DNA from: Eledone cirrhosa
Taxonomy: Eukaryota
Assembly (NCBI GenBank): GCA_964016885.1
Contig: OZ024740.1
Span: forward strand, 190,216,001 to 190,280,000
DNA length: 64,000 nt
Direction of reading: 5' to 3'
The notes below the pieces were generated by a model that made no database searches, was not told where the DNA came from, and was given only the letters and a program-made list of their open reading frames with translations. The position numbers and the translations under genes are program-made. Shown here in pieces: positions 26,851 to 41,280 of this stretch; the first letter of the stretch is position 1, and every line of letters begins with the position of its first letter.

Positions 26851-27500
26851 GGAACAAATAATCAGTGTTGCATCATATACATATTTTTTACATATTACAT
26901 ATGATTCCCTGTCGGTCAACTCGAGGAACGATCTATTAATGATCGAACTCAGAATTGCACATTTTTAGCATTTCTTTGAATGAACACATCCATGGAGGCT
27001 TTCACACGTATATGATACGGAATAGAATACAATGTATACGGAACACAGTATACAATGTGAAACGTATGCATACAAAAATACACTCTGCATGCACTAAGGA
27101 ACATCTATGTGAACGGACACATGCACAGGGACTTCACCATGTATCTACTATGAAACAATGCATAGCATCTTACACATTATGAAACATACGCCTAGGTAAA
27201 CAAACACTAATGTAACATATCCAATTTGTTCATGCACTCTGGATTTTCAAATATAACTTACCGTGGTCCGCTATTTTATCTCTGCGGACAATATGGTTAC
27301 CATCCGACAATATTATTTAAATAATCTTAACTTTCACTACATTTGACGCATCCATAACTGGTCCATCTATATATTATATTCAGTTAAAATGTATCATGTT
27401 TTAACACATGTATGTCCATATGATGTATTTTACAAATATGCGTGTCGGTGTGGTTGTAGGTGAACACTTGCATGAGTGTCTGTATATACATATAATTTAA

Positions 27501-27580
<80 letters not shown>

Positions 27581-27639
27581 GTGTGTATATATTAGTGAGT
27601 GAATATATAAATATATATATGTATATAAATATATTGTTA

Positions 27640-28005
27640 TACTTTCGGAGGGTCGTGTTGCTAATAAGAAACACACGCACCAGTTGCTTTCACTTCAATT
27701 TATTATAATAAATTTATAAATTTAGGAATTTATAAATTTCCGTTGGTTGGTTGGTTCCACAACCAGATGATTATTTATACATTGTCAAAGTTCTTTCGTC
27801 ACAGATTATGTGACCTCTTCAGTGACTGGGGATTTGTTTCTCTGTTTTTGTGCCTCTCCTTTGTTCTGTCCTAGGCCATCTTGTTTTTGTGTGTGTGTTG
27901 TGTGCTTAGTTTGCGCATGTGTTACATCCGGATGTCTGTGCGTGTTTATATTCGTTTATTTATTTGTTTATTTACATGTTACTTGTTGGTTGTTTGTTCT
28001 ATATA
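27640..28005 (-). mobile_element. Solo pLTR of the PLE family at 54165-57120
   Basis: Reverse-complement match to about 56760-57117. Confidence 0.85.
27784..27826 (-). ncRNA. Minimal hammerhead ribozyme
   Basis: gtca CTGAAGA g gtcac ataatct gtgac GAAAG aa CT T tgac. Confidence 0.7.
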
Positions 28006-29763
28006 GGTAAATATTTATATTATATTTTTTAATTTTGATTAATTTTAATTTTAAATTAATTTTGATTTATTTTGAAAAATTGGTTGAATTTAACTTGTTC
28101 TGCTTGTGTTGATATTAAGTTCCGGTATATCAAATTATTACCATAGAACCACCTTGAATCATAGACAACCTATATATTTCTAGGGGTACCTTGTACCCTT
28201 AGACATATTAACTTTATTCATTATCCTCCGTTATGTAGAGAACAAATCTGTCGTTCTATCTAGCTGCTATTTTTTTAGTGGCGACTATAGACAACAAGTC
28301 TGTGATTTCCCGCCTTCACTTCACACCCGCGTATATACGGTCACTTTTACGACCTTTCCGACCCATGTTAGCTTGGGACGAGGTCATATATTTTATCGTT
28401 CCTGAGGTTTTTAACCCTAGGAAAGAAAATGCTTCTCTGATGATCTTTGTTTTTCCATTAATATCCATGTGATATCTAATGTTTTGCAAAGTGAAACTGT
28501 ACAGTAAGGGCCATTTGAATAGGTAAATATTTATATTATATTTTTTTTAATTTTGATTAATTTTAATTTTAAATTAATTTGGATTTATTTTGAAAAATTG
28601 GTTGAATTTTACTTGTTCTGCTGATCTTGATATATATACATGTATATACATATGTGTATGCATATATAACTATCTCTGTGGATCCAGGTACCTGTGCAGT
28701 ATACATATGTTAGTGCGTGTATGTGAGTATATGTACTTTGTATGTGGATATATGTATGTGGGTATATATGGGTGTGGGTGTATATATACTATATGTGTGT
28801 ATATATATTATATATATATATGTGTGTGTGTATGTATGTGTTTATATATGTTTATGTGTTTGTCTATCTTTATGTACGTGTGTATATATCTATTTTTTTA
28901 TATGTGGGTATGTACATATAGGTAATGGTATGTATGTGTGTTTATGCGTATGTATATGTATGTGTATGTGCGTGTGTGCACATATGTAGGTGTGTACGCA
29001 CACAAACATACATATGTACATCTGTATAGGTTTTGTTCTTTATTATGTCTTTAATGTATTGTTCTCTGTTTTTTGTTTTACTTTATCTTCTCATCGGCTA
29101 TATATTATTCAGTTTGGTCCTTACCACATATGTGTTATGTTATTATCTTAACTCCCTCACCCATTACGTTTCAACACCAACGCATTCTTGTATTGCATTC
29201 TCACCTTAATGATCACTTCAAATAATTTGAATAGTGGAAGCTACTCAAACAGGTCAACACACATGGATGCACAGGACGATTTGACCGGGATGGCGAGAAT
29301 AGCCGCTAATTTATCTGACCAAAAATAAACCGAAGAACAAGTACGGCTATGTTAGAAAGTATGCTAAACTATAAGAAGGATTTCGGAAAATATTCAGACA
29401 GTCTCAACGCGAGCCTGCATTTTGAAAGACATCTAAGGAGCTTCCGATTCCAGAGTCAGGTTCGTTCATTAAGAGATCGTTCCTCGAGCAAAACATATGT
29501 CATATGTAATAAACATGTATATGATACATCATATCCTTATATAGTAATCCTATTGATACTCTGCTCCCCTAGATCATCGAGTACTCACCCAGCATACTAC
29601 CTACGAACGCAATAACTTCAACCTTAAAACACACACACACATACACACACACATATATATATATATGTGTGAAGTGATTCCGTCTGAAAGGTCCAGGAAA
29701 AAAGAGTGCTCTATGTAGGTTACATAGCTTATCAATTATGTAAAAAACAACATAAGATAATTA

Positions 29764-29823
29764 TTTCATTTACCAGTGGTTTCTTGAAAGCAACCAAAAT
29801 TGCTTTCATTCATCAGAATGAAA
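29764..29823 (-). ncRNA. Type I hammerhead ribozyme
   Basis: tttcatt CTGATGA a tgaaagcaa ttttgg ttgctttca a GAAACC act GGT A aatgaaa. Confidence 0.8.
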
Positions 29824-29861
29824 AAAAAATGAAAAAAAAATGAAAAAATCCAGCACGATGT

Positions 29862-29921
29862 TTTCATTCTGATGAATGAAAGCAATTTTAGTTGATTTCA
29901 AGAAACCACTGGTAAATGAAA
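29862..29921 (+). ncRNA. Type I hammerhead ribozyme
   Basis: tttcatt CTGATGA atgaaagcaattttagttgatttcaa GAAACC act GGT A aatgaaa. Confidence 0.8.
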
Positions 29922-29946
29922 TAATTATCTTATGTTGTTTATTACA

Positions 29947-30009
<63 letters not shown>

Positions 30010-31597
30010 AGGTACATATATATATATATATATATGTGTGTATATAGGTACACAAATAAGTATAACAACAGCAATGATGACCATAATTATTTCAATTAAA
30101 GCAGTGTGTGGAGACGGTAACGGTGCAATAAAACATCATATTTAATATCGCACTGTATTGCTCATGCATTGCTTTCTGAAATGTATTTCATATATTATGT
30201 ACATACAAAGGGAAAGCAGTGACAGAAACCTTTCGTAGCTATCAAATACTTCAATAAATCGAATAACTAATCAGAAAACCACTCGGTTTATGCATTGCTG
30301 AAATCACTTGACATATTCTAATATATCCCAATAGGCGTGTATTGTGTATAGTACCGGAAAAAGGTCACAGAATCACATGAGAAATTTCTCATTGACATTG
30401 GAGATACAACTTATTTATTCAGAAAAAAGGACATTTTTATAGATATTGAATATATTATTAAAAACAACACCCTTTAAACAGTTGCCTGTACATATGACAA
30501 ATATCCCATATAACAGAAAAATATAAAATATATAAGATGTGGAAAGAATCAAATATACCATTAATATTGAAAATATCATAATGAACATGCACCATACATT
30601 CACAAAAAATAATCTAATCAATAAAAAGAAAACAGGAATATGTTTGTCTTTCGAGATGGTAATCACACGTTGAATCACACATTATGGTGACCAGCTGTAA
30701 AATGAAATATCCCTTATTCAATGTTTGAGAAATAGCATCAGTTAGCATGCATACATCATGCTCATTGGAAAAATACCATAAGGCGAATATGTCTCCATTT
30801 CTTAAAGGTTTCATGCGCATCCAGGTTTACCAATTTTGTGATAATTCAAGGAATAATACTAATAATGTATTGTAAAGAAATAGACATCTTGTGTACACGC
30901 TTACAATTATTCAAACCAATATATATCGCTACACCTTCTAATGTAGTTATATATGCACTCTAATTGGTAATGACACGCATACATGCATCACATTGAGTTT
31001 CTGATAGATTACCATATATCTATACAGCGGAATTAATTTGGTGCTAGCTTTGCGAAGAATGATTATGTATGTATCCCACCATTTCATCCGTCTCTCGAAC
31101 GATCTTTCCTCGGCAGTTTCTATCAATAGCTATGCGACTAACCATGGAGGATATGTTAGTCGTTTAAGTGTTTATGCGTTTGATGTCCTTGCTTGATTGC
31201 ATACTCGATTTCTTTTACAGAAGGTGGTTCATTGCATCTATATAAAGGAAGACCAGGTTATTCTTTTCAGACAATAGTGGTAAATATACAGGAAATAATT
31301 CATTATACAAAAGAATTAGATCGACATTATTCGAACATTTCTGTGTATGCATAAGCATGCCTGCGTCTACATGTATGGCTGTATGTATGACCTTCTGGAT
31401 ATATTATATTATAAATTTTACCAATAGAGAGATATAGAGAGCCAGTTGAAATAAAACTCTTTTATTCCAATTAGGACGTCAACAAGGTAAATACGTATGT
31501 ATGTCTGTATGTGTTTGTATGTCTGTATGTGTTTGTATGTGTGTGCATGTGTGTGTGTATATATGTGTGGGTGGATGTGTGTGTGGGTGTCTGTGTG

Positions 31598-31640
<43 letters not shown>

Positions 31641-32689
31641 GTGTGTATGTTTCGGTATCCATACATGTGTGTATTCAGTTATTAGACACTGAAGTTTTGA
31701 AATGTTTTACAATTATTTATAAATGTATTACAGTTCCATTACTCGCAACTTTCTAACTAGTCATGAACATACCTGTTCTGTGAAGCCCATCTACTGAGTC
31801 ACATAGTAACACATCATAAAGCCCCACTGATCATAGGTTCAAATCTAAGTGCATAGCCAGGGTAGAGGATATGCACCTTACTCATTAGTTCATCATATAT
31901 ATTCTCCTTTTCGTTCATCTTTGGCATCATATTAACATGATTTCAGCAGCTAATATCCTCTATTGTGCGTGGCTGGTGTTCTCTTCCCCACATCAATATG
32001 TCTGCTCTGTTATGTTTGCATTTATTTTGGGTTTTGACTCGAATATCTCATCAGTACTCTTTGCCTATATATTGGAGATTAGGTTTTTTTGTTTAGTTCC
32101 TGTTCCTGGATTACAAAGCATGTCACTAAAGTGAGAGCTAATATATTGTTTGTTGGGACAATATACAATGCTTTGCTTAACGATATTACTCTCACTTTGA
32201 GGTTTTCTGGCAAAATAACCATGCATGATTGTTTGGGTATTAGCATGTAAACCTTCATCCATGGAGGCGGTCTATGTCACACTTGCTGTGCTATTTTCCG
32301 GTGCCCGTTAGCACTTTTCGGGTTTTAACATAAATAGGTCGGAGCTTAGGTGGCATAGAGTCAACTAGTCCAAATGTTGGTACCAGTAAATGTACAGTAA
32401 AACATATAGTGGGCTACAGATATACATATTGTTCGCAGATAATTCAGAAGACTATGTGTTTTATTCAGATGTCATATTCACTGATTAGCCGTTTCTTCAT
32501 ACACATTCCATCACAAGATATATTTTCACGAATCTCTATGTATCTGCAGCAGTCCAATACTCTATATTGACCGGAAATGATGAGTATGCCGGGTTTCAGA
32601 AACACAACCGATAAATTGATGTTGAATGGATCATTTAACATGTCTAGCCATTATACTTATGTTATACGAATAATGATTTCTGTTTCCGG

Positions 32690-33115
32690 CACACGGTCAA
32701 CAATTTTGTGGGAGGTGTTATTCGATGAAATCCACCCCAATGTGTTACTAGTTTTTTTATTGTGTGGACCCAGTAAGGATTAAAAGCAAAGCTAACCTCG
32801 GTGATATTTAAACTCCGAACGTAAAGAGCCGCAACTCCATTTCACAATGCGTGTTATCCTATGCTCTACCTATACCACCAATCCATAACCATCTGCATTA
32901 CTAATTCCTTTTTTTTTACTTTGAAACTAGGCCTGTAATTTAAAGGGTAGGAGAAAGTCGATTAAATAAAACTTAGTGTATCACTGCTAACATTTTGTAT
33001 AGATTCTCTAAAAATGGAAGGCAATGTTAACTTCGGTGAGATGGGAACTCAGAAAGTAAATGACCCTAACTCTATGCCACAAATTATGTTATCCGATGTT
33101 CTACAGACACTGTCA
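32690..33115 (-). mobile_element. Two old Meta-like SINE copies (a further one at ~23130-23320)
   Basis: Degenerate gacccagtaaggattaaaagcaaagctaacctcgg and gaaggcaatgttaacttcggtgag..gaactcagaaagtaaa. Confidence 0.5.
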
Positions 33116-34266
33116 ATACGTTTTAATACAAAACATATGTAATACTGATAATATATGATTCTAATAATAACATACGTTTATGATGAAATATTGTCATTCT
33201 CGTTAGAAGAAACCTTATAAAATCTAAATATTTTATGATACATGTTGTAGAGCGTATAACGTCTCCTAAATGATATATAAAAATAACATGAAAGGGGCAA
33301 AACTATTAGGAATAGCAGTAGTCTACGAAATCTAATTAAATATATTTTATATGATATATATTATATAGCTGTTCAATGCAAAATCGATAAAACTATTATT
33401 ATATCATTAGCACATAAATATTCTCATGACCAATCTCCAAAGGCAAATTATAACTAATGATATAAGTCAACCTCAACAAGATTTCAAACATCATTAATAT
33501 AATCGATAATAATAAATCTGAAACATTGCTGTATGAAAAACCCATCCAATACTGGATAATTATTTTATGCCAGTATGTGAATTGCATATATCACAACACA
33601 TGATAATCTAAGTTAGAAATGAATATTTCTGAATAAGAAGAAAGAAGCAAAATACGTAAACACAAAAGCAAGAAAATATACAACAATATTTGAAACATCG
33701 TAATACAAAGAGAACTGCCCTAGTTTAAAATGTAACATAAAAGCAATTATATACCTTCAAAATATAAATTCTATTTTAAAATACTTCATATAAATTGTAT
33801 GTTGAATAGTATAACACATCAAATATCATATAGCCACAATTTATAAATTAGCTGTTATAGAATATTTTTAAATGAAAGGAATACTTTTGAAGAAATAGCA
33901 CTCCGAGAATATTTTTTAAACGACGATGCTTGTTGGTTTTAATTTGAAAATCACCAGCGAATATTGTATCAAAGAATAAAGTAATGCGTCCCTAATTATT
34001 ATGTTGAGGCTTAATGAACTAAGCCTTGTATATATCATATTCACTCATATTCACACATGCACGTACACAAAAGACGCTCACAAAAAATATACGAAGATTC
34101 TCACACATGCACACACGCACACGCACCCATATATATATATATGTATATGTGTGTGGAATATGCAGAGTACCATTCTTTGTAGCGGTAGCCGGCCACTTCT
34201 TCCGCCCATTTAGCCGATTTTCTAAGCTGTGTCACAGAAAATTCCTACGTTCAAGATGTTTCTACA

Positions 34267-34300
<34 letters not shown>

Positions 34301-35530
34301 CATATATATGTATAAATACTCGCCGACCAAAAAACCTTGTTTTACGGTTGATACGTATCCTAAAATCGGTGATTTGGAGTTAAATTTTGCAACATAAAAC
34401 ATTCCCTTGTCAACACCCCAGAAGTGTTTGCTGAGGCTAACCTAGTGTATAATTTAAATCTTCCTCAACGACTTTACACTTGAAAGCATTACAACAAATA
34501 CCGCAAGTCACTTCGTCTTAAGCTTTACCAATTTCAATACTTCCCAATCTTGAACCTTTTCATTTATAGACAACGAATTAAAGGAAAGACAAAATTGAAG
34601 TCTGTACGCATTTAGCCCTGAGGAACAAAACGGCGCTGAAACGTTATTCTGTCCTACACACTAAAGGCTATACAATGTTAAATGTAATGCAGAATTATAG
34701 CGGCGCATAAATAAAATATTACAATATTCAAGCTCTTATTAAATGCAATAATTTTCGAATACTCAATTCGCTAACAAATATCGTAGGTGTTCATATAAGT
34801 TCATAAAGGTTTGCACAATTTGTTTAAAACCAATAGCAGAATTATGAAAGCAGCCATTTGTTTTGATATATCTACTCATTTTCCAAAATTCTTACAAATT
34901 TCAATAATTATAAATAAAATATCCAATTAACAAATATTATAATAATTTAGAATCGTTTGCATGTGTGGAATTTTATATGAGTTTCAATTAAATAATACTG
35001 CTGGCGAATATATTGTGTGTCTCATCCGAATCTAAATTCAGTTTATTTTTTCCATATTGCATAACAATTGTAACTGATATAATTTATAGCAAAAGGTTTC
35101 CACTGTCTGATCTTAGCATTTACCTCAATTCATTTGATTCATTTTCAACGAAAGCATGGATATTGAAATTCGAAGAACTACAAATTGTTACTTCATTTAT
35201 ATTCAACGTATCATATTACATCTGAAAAGATCTAAATTCCTGAATGTTATAGATTTTAAATTAATCTGGCATTGTAAATAAATTACTTTAATAGGCAATG
35301 CCAATTATACACTTTGACTCCGAGATATTTATCACTGTAATGGGTGATTTAGTTTATTTACAATGACTAGCTCTACCATACTCTCGTTTTCCTGTAAAAT
35401 ATTGTGTTTATTTGTTTAATGCATTCAATGAAAAATAAATATGTAAACGACACAAGCATATTAAACCTTTCTAAACTAATCGCCTATAATAGGCATCATC
35501 AAGCTATCGAATTAAGGTTCAACACAAATA

Positions 35531-35716
35531 GTACTACTACTACTACCACTACCACTACCACTACTACTACTACTACCACTACTGCCAATACTACTACTAC
35601 TGCTACTACTACTACTACTAATACTACTACTACTACTACGACTACGACTACTACTACTACTACTACTACTACGACTACTACTAATACTACTACTACTAAT
35701 ACTACTACTACTACTA

Positions 35717-35802
<86 letters not shown>
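35531..35802. repeat. (ACT)n microsatellite
   Basis: Direct reading; source of the poly-T/poly-V ORFs. Confidence 0.95.
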
Positions 35803-36160
35803 GTCCCCTTTGTCGCAAGAGTGCCATAAAAGGAGAAGGAGAAAGTTAACCGTACCAGGACATAAAGTGGGAATTAAAAAGTATTTGGGACTGTCATGAG
35901 ATACGGTTCTCCCGTTTGTAATAGGCGCAATAGGTACTATCTCGAAGAGTTTTCAAGGATGGTTAAAGCACATTAGTCAAGTCCCTTTTTTTTGGAATAC
36001 TTCAAACGGCATGCTTGCTGGGAACAGCAAGTAGCCTCCGGTACGTACTGGACATCTGAGGCTGCACGTAGTGGTTCATTTGAACCAACTTTACAGTTAA
36101 ATAACATCAATGACTGAGACTACAAAAAATAATAATAATAGTAACAATAATAATAATAAA
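35803..36160 (+). mobile_element. 3' end of an R4/Dong-type non-LTR retrotransposon (restriction-like endonuclease C-terminus)
   Basis: Frameshifted VPFVARV..KEKEK..YQDIKWELKSIW..LPFVIGAIGTISK..WLK..LQTACLLGTASSLRYVLDI*, followed by an (AAT)n tail. Confidence 0.75.
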
Positions 36161-38120
36161 GATTTCTGATTTTAGTACAAGGCCAACTATTTAGGAGAAG
36201 AGAAAAATTGATAATAACGGGCTCAGTACTTGACAGGTAACTTATTTTATGATGATACTGGTAAGGAAGATGAATGTTTTCGCGGTGATCGTGTTGTTGA
36301 TGGTAAGTAGCACACCATTTTTTAAAAATGTTATTGAAGGTCAAGGAACATATTGGTTTTTAACGGAGAGAAGTATCTTTGGAGTTACTTTCGGGTTCTT
36401 TCTTTCTTTCTTTCTTTCTTTTATTATTTTGGTCATTACCCAAGTTTCATGATCATAGGTAAGGTTTGGCACGCACTCTGAAAAGATGAATGGGAATATG
36501 GCTTTTACACCTACCTCTCTTCTTCTGATTAGCGAATGCTGAAGCTAGCGCATTACATCACCACTTCCTGCAATTAATTCAGCCTCCTATCACAGGTGAA
36601 CATGTCCCCTAGAACGTTGACAAGAATGCATTGCGATATTTGTTTCTATTTTTTCCTCTATGAGTAAAAGTTCCACCGAGATCAACTTTTCATTCATTCG
36701 AGGTCGATAAAATGTAAGGACCAGTTAAGTACTGGTGTCGATTCTTCCTTTATAGCTCTTTCTGATTTCCATTCAGTCACTATCCATCTCTGGAAGAACT
36801 CATGTGTATTTAGACCTGGAAAGTATTGGGCTTCACAAGGTTTTAGAATACCACAGAAACGCCGAATGTTAATAAGGAACCACGAACCAGTATAACCCCC
36901 CCCCCCCCAGGACTTACGGGACTATGCATTTATACACAGAAATGCGGCACTAATCCGGGGTACACGGATGATCGAATGGTGATGTAGTATGCATTTTCGC
37001 TTAGAAGTTGTTCCTGTGATAATAATAATGTGCTGTTTAATCTTACAGCATTGTTATTGTTTTCGCCAATGCAGCTGGTAAATCATGCAGAAATCAAATT
37101 TGATAAAAAATTAAATGACGTATTAACAACGAACATAGGTGTGAGAAAAAAGCTTGTGTTGCTATCTGAAACGGAAATACTTGCCACGAATAAAATTATG
37201 TCAAGGAAATTAAGTTTTCAAAAATAACATATGACCTCAACATTGCTTTCAAATATGTGCTTCAGAGGAAAATTGTGAATGACTCTTTAAATTAAGTTAA
37301 CTGACATAATTATATATAAGATCCTCAGTGGCATAGACTGCATACTCAAATACATAGTTTTAGAGTTAAAGTTTAATGTTGTAGCTTTTTAAACCACATT
37401 CACCAACAACTCTTAATTTGTCTGCCTAAGTAATGTATAAAGATAGTAGCCATCCATTCCCAACTAGACAGATCTTTTTGAGATAAGGCACGGGCCTTAC
37501 ACAACATAAGCGTTACAAACACTAGTCCTTTTCATCTTTGATTTTGGAGACTGTTTAATCTTTGCTCAATTCTAAGTAACTTCTTTGGTAATCTAATGAC
37601 GAAGAGAACTGTGTTGAAACAAATTACATGATTGTGAACCAAATTCTCTCCAGTAGCATAAGCTGCAAATCCACCCGACGCTCGAATCATACCGGATCCG
37701 ATTTCTATCTTAAAAACAGCAAATATTGTATTCCTACTACGATTTGTGTTGTCTGACATTATGTCCACCCTGTATACATTGACGGATCCCCAGATTCCAT
37801 ATACAAGCGGAATAGTGTATCAATCTCCAAATTCCACTGCAACGCATCAAGTGGGTACGCATACAAGGGAGATGATATAAGCATCGATGAGGGAGAGAAT
37901 AAGTGTTTGAATTTGTTTACGCTGCATGCAGTTGGAAGCTACTCAATATTAAATTTACCCAGAACCATAGATAAAATATATATTCACAGATTATCTTAAA
38001 AGCAAAAGCATTTCCCGTCGGAAGCTACAGTGGGGCACATGGTGAGGAAGAGGTCATGAAAAGGACTGGTGCCGATTTATGAAGCTCTACACCTGCGTAT
38101 AGACTACAGAGGAAACAAAC

Positions 38121-38242
38121 TAATAATAATAATAATAATTGTTTCTACTTTAGGCACAAGGCCAGCAATTACCCAGTACATTACTGGTACTTTATTTTAT
38201 CGACCCCGTAAGGATGAAAGGCAAAGTCAACCTCGGCGGGAT
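38121..38242 (-). mobile_element. Meta-like SINE 3' part with (ATT)n tail
   Basis: actggtactttattttatcgaccccgtaaggatgaaaggcaaagtcaacctcggcggga. Confidence 0.7.
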
Positions 38243-38263
38243 TATAATAATAATAATAATAAT

Positions 38264-39618
38264 GATTTCTTTATTGGCCACAAGGGCTGACATCAAGAAA
38301 AACATTACAGACGGCACAGGACGGTACGATGTGGCTTTTGTGCGTGTAAATATTTTTATTATTTATATAAGAAAAGAAAAAAAAAGGACATAGAAACATA
38401 TATATATATATATATAAACAATAAAAATGAAAATTGAAACAATGAAATATTCCCCAATTGGGGTGAAACCTCCGAGGGTTACTCGTGGCGAAAACCACAC
38501 AAAAGATCATGGCCACCCTGACCACCAGGGCAAGCGTGCTTTCTCAATTCTGCCATCTCTCAAACTACAGACGTATATTCAGAGTGGTCTTGTTCACTCG
38601 GACCATTCTCGCTACATTCACCCACCTTTCAACAAACTTGCTAGAAAGCAACACTTGCTGCTTCACCCTGATTTTCCTATTCAAGTGAAACTTGAAAAAG
38701 TTAATTTGGGATTCGCCGAAGAGGAAAGTGTCTGACTTTAACCCTATTAACCTTGTCCACCACACAATCTCTTTCGCCATGGCCACCAGGCAGATGAAAA
38801 GCGCCTGCCCTTCCTCCTCGAAGGAAGGCGGCGAGACCATCTGCACAATGGACTCAGTCGACAACCGGATCAGTCCCATACACGACAGCAACTGTTCGAC
38901 ATACTACCACAAGTCAGCAATGCTCGGGAACTGAACGAGTGCGTGCACGACGGTTTCGTCGCTCTGCCTGCATCTCGTGTAGGCTCGGCTGACGACACTT
39001 CCATGCCTGTAGAGCTTATCTCGAACCGGCAGCGCTCCCCGGTAGCACTGCCAGGCCAGGGATTTTTGGAAGTTATCAATAGGCCCCAGGCTGAAAGTTC
39101 TCCGGAAGCGAGCAAACAGCTAATCTTCTTTGACGCCCAGGATCTCTCCGAGAATGGCGTCGCGTTTCCCCTCCACTAGTGCTCTATAGAACGCCGTGTT
39201 GGAGGTCCCACCGATACTGGTGCCCAGCTAGCAGAGGGCAGTGAGCGCCTGGAGACATTCCAGTTTCCAAGCGCTATCCCTCGGTCTTTCTCTGACCCAG
39301 GACTGCAGCTCCGTCAAGGATACGAGCTGTGGGAAAACGTGCCTGGCGAAGCGCGACCACACCTGTTCACCGTCAAGGGAGCGCCAGAGATGTCGCAGCC
39401 TCAGTGCATGTTTGCGCATCATCAGCCATAGCATGCCCAGTCCTCCATGCAACGGGCGTTGACAGCAGATGGATCGTCTGATCATGGGAGCGCGCCCCTT
39501 CCACAAAAAGGGGAAGAGGAGGCCCTCCATTTTGGTGAGAGTTAGGCTGGAACAAGGGACGACGGTGAGGCGGTAGCAGATGACGGATGCGATTTACACA
39601 TTCGCCACCTCCGCCCGA
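38264..39618 (-). mobile_element. 5'-truncated L1/Tx1-like copy (ORF2 C-terminus + 3' UTR with AATAAA)
   Basis: Paralogous to 39620-40825 (FLWKGRAP..RRSICCQ.PL.GGLG). AATAAA at 38270-38275 on the minus strand, then (ATT)n. Confidence 0.8.
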
Positions 39619-41280
39619 ACAGTACAGGACAGTACAGGATGATGTGGGTTTTGGTCGTGTAAATAGGTGCTAACAAAACTGGGCTAGAAATCAAAAAATT
39701 CATACAAAAGAAATTCCCCAAAAAGTGGGCAAACCTCCAAGGTTAACTCGTGGCGAAGACCACACAAAAATGGCACGGCTAACCTGACCACCAGGGCAAG
39801 CGCCCACTCTCCTTTTCCAACTCCTCAGTCTACAGGCGCATACTCAGAGCGGGCCGATTAACTCGGACCAGACAGGCCACATTCTCCCACCTTTCAACAA
39901 ACTTACTAAAATACAGCACGTGCCCCTCCACCCTGATTTTCCTCTTCACGGGAAACTTTAAAACTTTAATCAGGTATTGGCATCAGAGGAAAGTGCCCGT
40001 CTTCAAACCTTTCAACCTTGTCCACCACACAATCTCTTTCACCATAGCGACCAGGAGAGATGAATCTGCCTGCCCTTCTTCATCTTTAAAGGAGGATGGC
40101 GGGGTTATCTGCACAATGGACTCAGTTAATAACCAGATCCGTCCTACACGCGATAGCAGCTGTTCGAAATAGCTCCACAAGTCAGCAATCCTCGGACACT
40201 GAACGAATGCGTTCAGGACGGTTTCGTCGCCCTGCGTGCATCTCGGACAGGCTCGGCTGACAGCACCTCCGTGCCTGTAGAGCTTATCCCGAACCGCCAA
40301 CGCCCCCCGTAGCACTGTCAGGTCAGGGATTTCTGGAAGTTGTCCATAGGCCTCGATCTGAAAGTTCTCCAGGGTTTCCCCGAGAACGTCGTCGCGTTTC
40401 CACTCCACTAGCCCTTCATAGATCAGCGAGGTGGATGTTCCACCGATAGTAGTGCCCAGCCGGTAGAGGGCGGTGAGCGCTTGGAGACATTCCAGCTTCC
40501 AATCGCTATCTCTCGGTCTTTACCTGATCCAGGACTGCAGCTCCGTCAAGGAGACAAGCTGGGGGAAAGCGCGTCTGCAAACGGCAACCACACATGTTCA
40601 CCGTCAATGAAGCACCGCAGATGCATCATCAACCATGGCATGCCTAGTCCTCCGCGCAACGGGTGTTGACAGAAAATGGATCGTCTGAACATGAGAGCAT
40701 GTCCCTTCCCCAAAAAGTGGAAGAGAACGTGATCCATTTCGGTCAGCTTTGGGCAGGGGCAAGGTACGACGGTCAGGCGGTAGCAGATGACGGACGCTAT
40801 GTACGCATTCGCTACCTACGCCCGACCATTCAGAGAGAGCCTCCTCTCAGCCATTTTCTGGGTGAGAGAGGCCACCCTGCTCGTCACCTCGCTCCAGTCT
40901 TTCTCCATCTGGTCCGCACCGAAACAGACCCCGAGCAATTTAACCGGTCCTTCCGTCCAGCCACCCACGACGCTATCGGACGGCATGGACTTGCTTCTCC
41001 AGAGTGCAGGGTTGCAAGCCCACCGACTTTTCCTGGTTTATCTTTGCTCCTGTCACCGCTTCGTATTCCTTGAGAGCGGTGCCGAGCATATGGACGTGTT
41101 TGGTGCTCGACACAACCGCGGTGAAGTTGTCGCATTCCAGTTCGCGGGGGAGCCCCCTCATCGTCTTCAATTCGTACAGAAACGGGTCGACATCCAGTAC
41201 GTAGAAGAGGGGCGAGATGGCGCGACACTGGCGTACCGAGTAGATGATGTTGAAAGGTTGCGGCATGTGACCATTCACCC

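Larger units (their letters stand above)
29670..29950. mobile_element. Mini fold-back element with back-to-back hammerheads
   Basis: 29737-29823 is inverted against 29862-29948; flanked by (TA)n. Confidence 0.8.
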
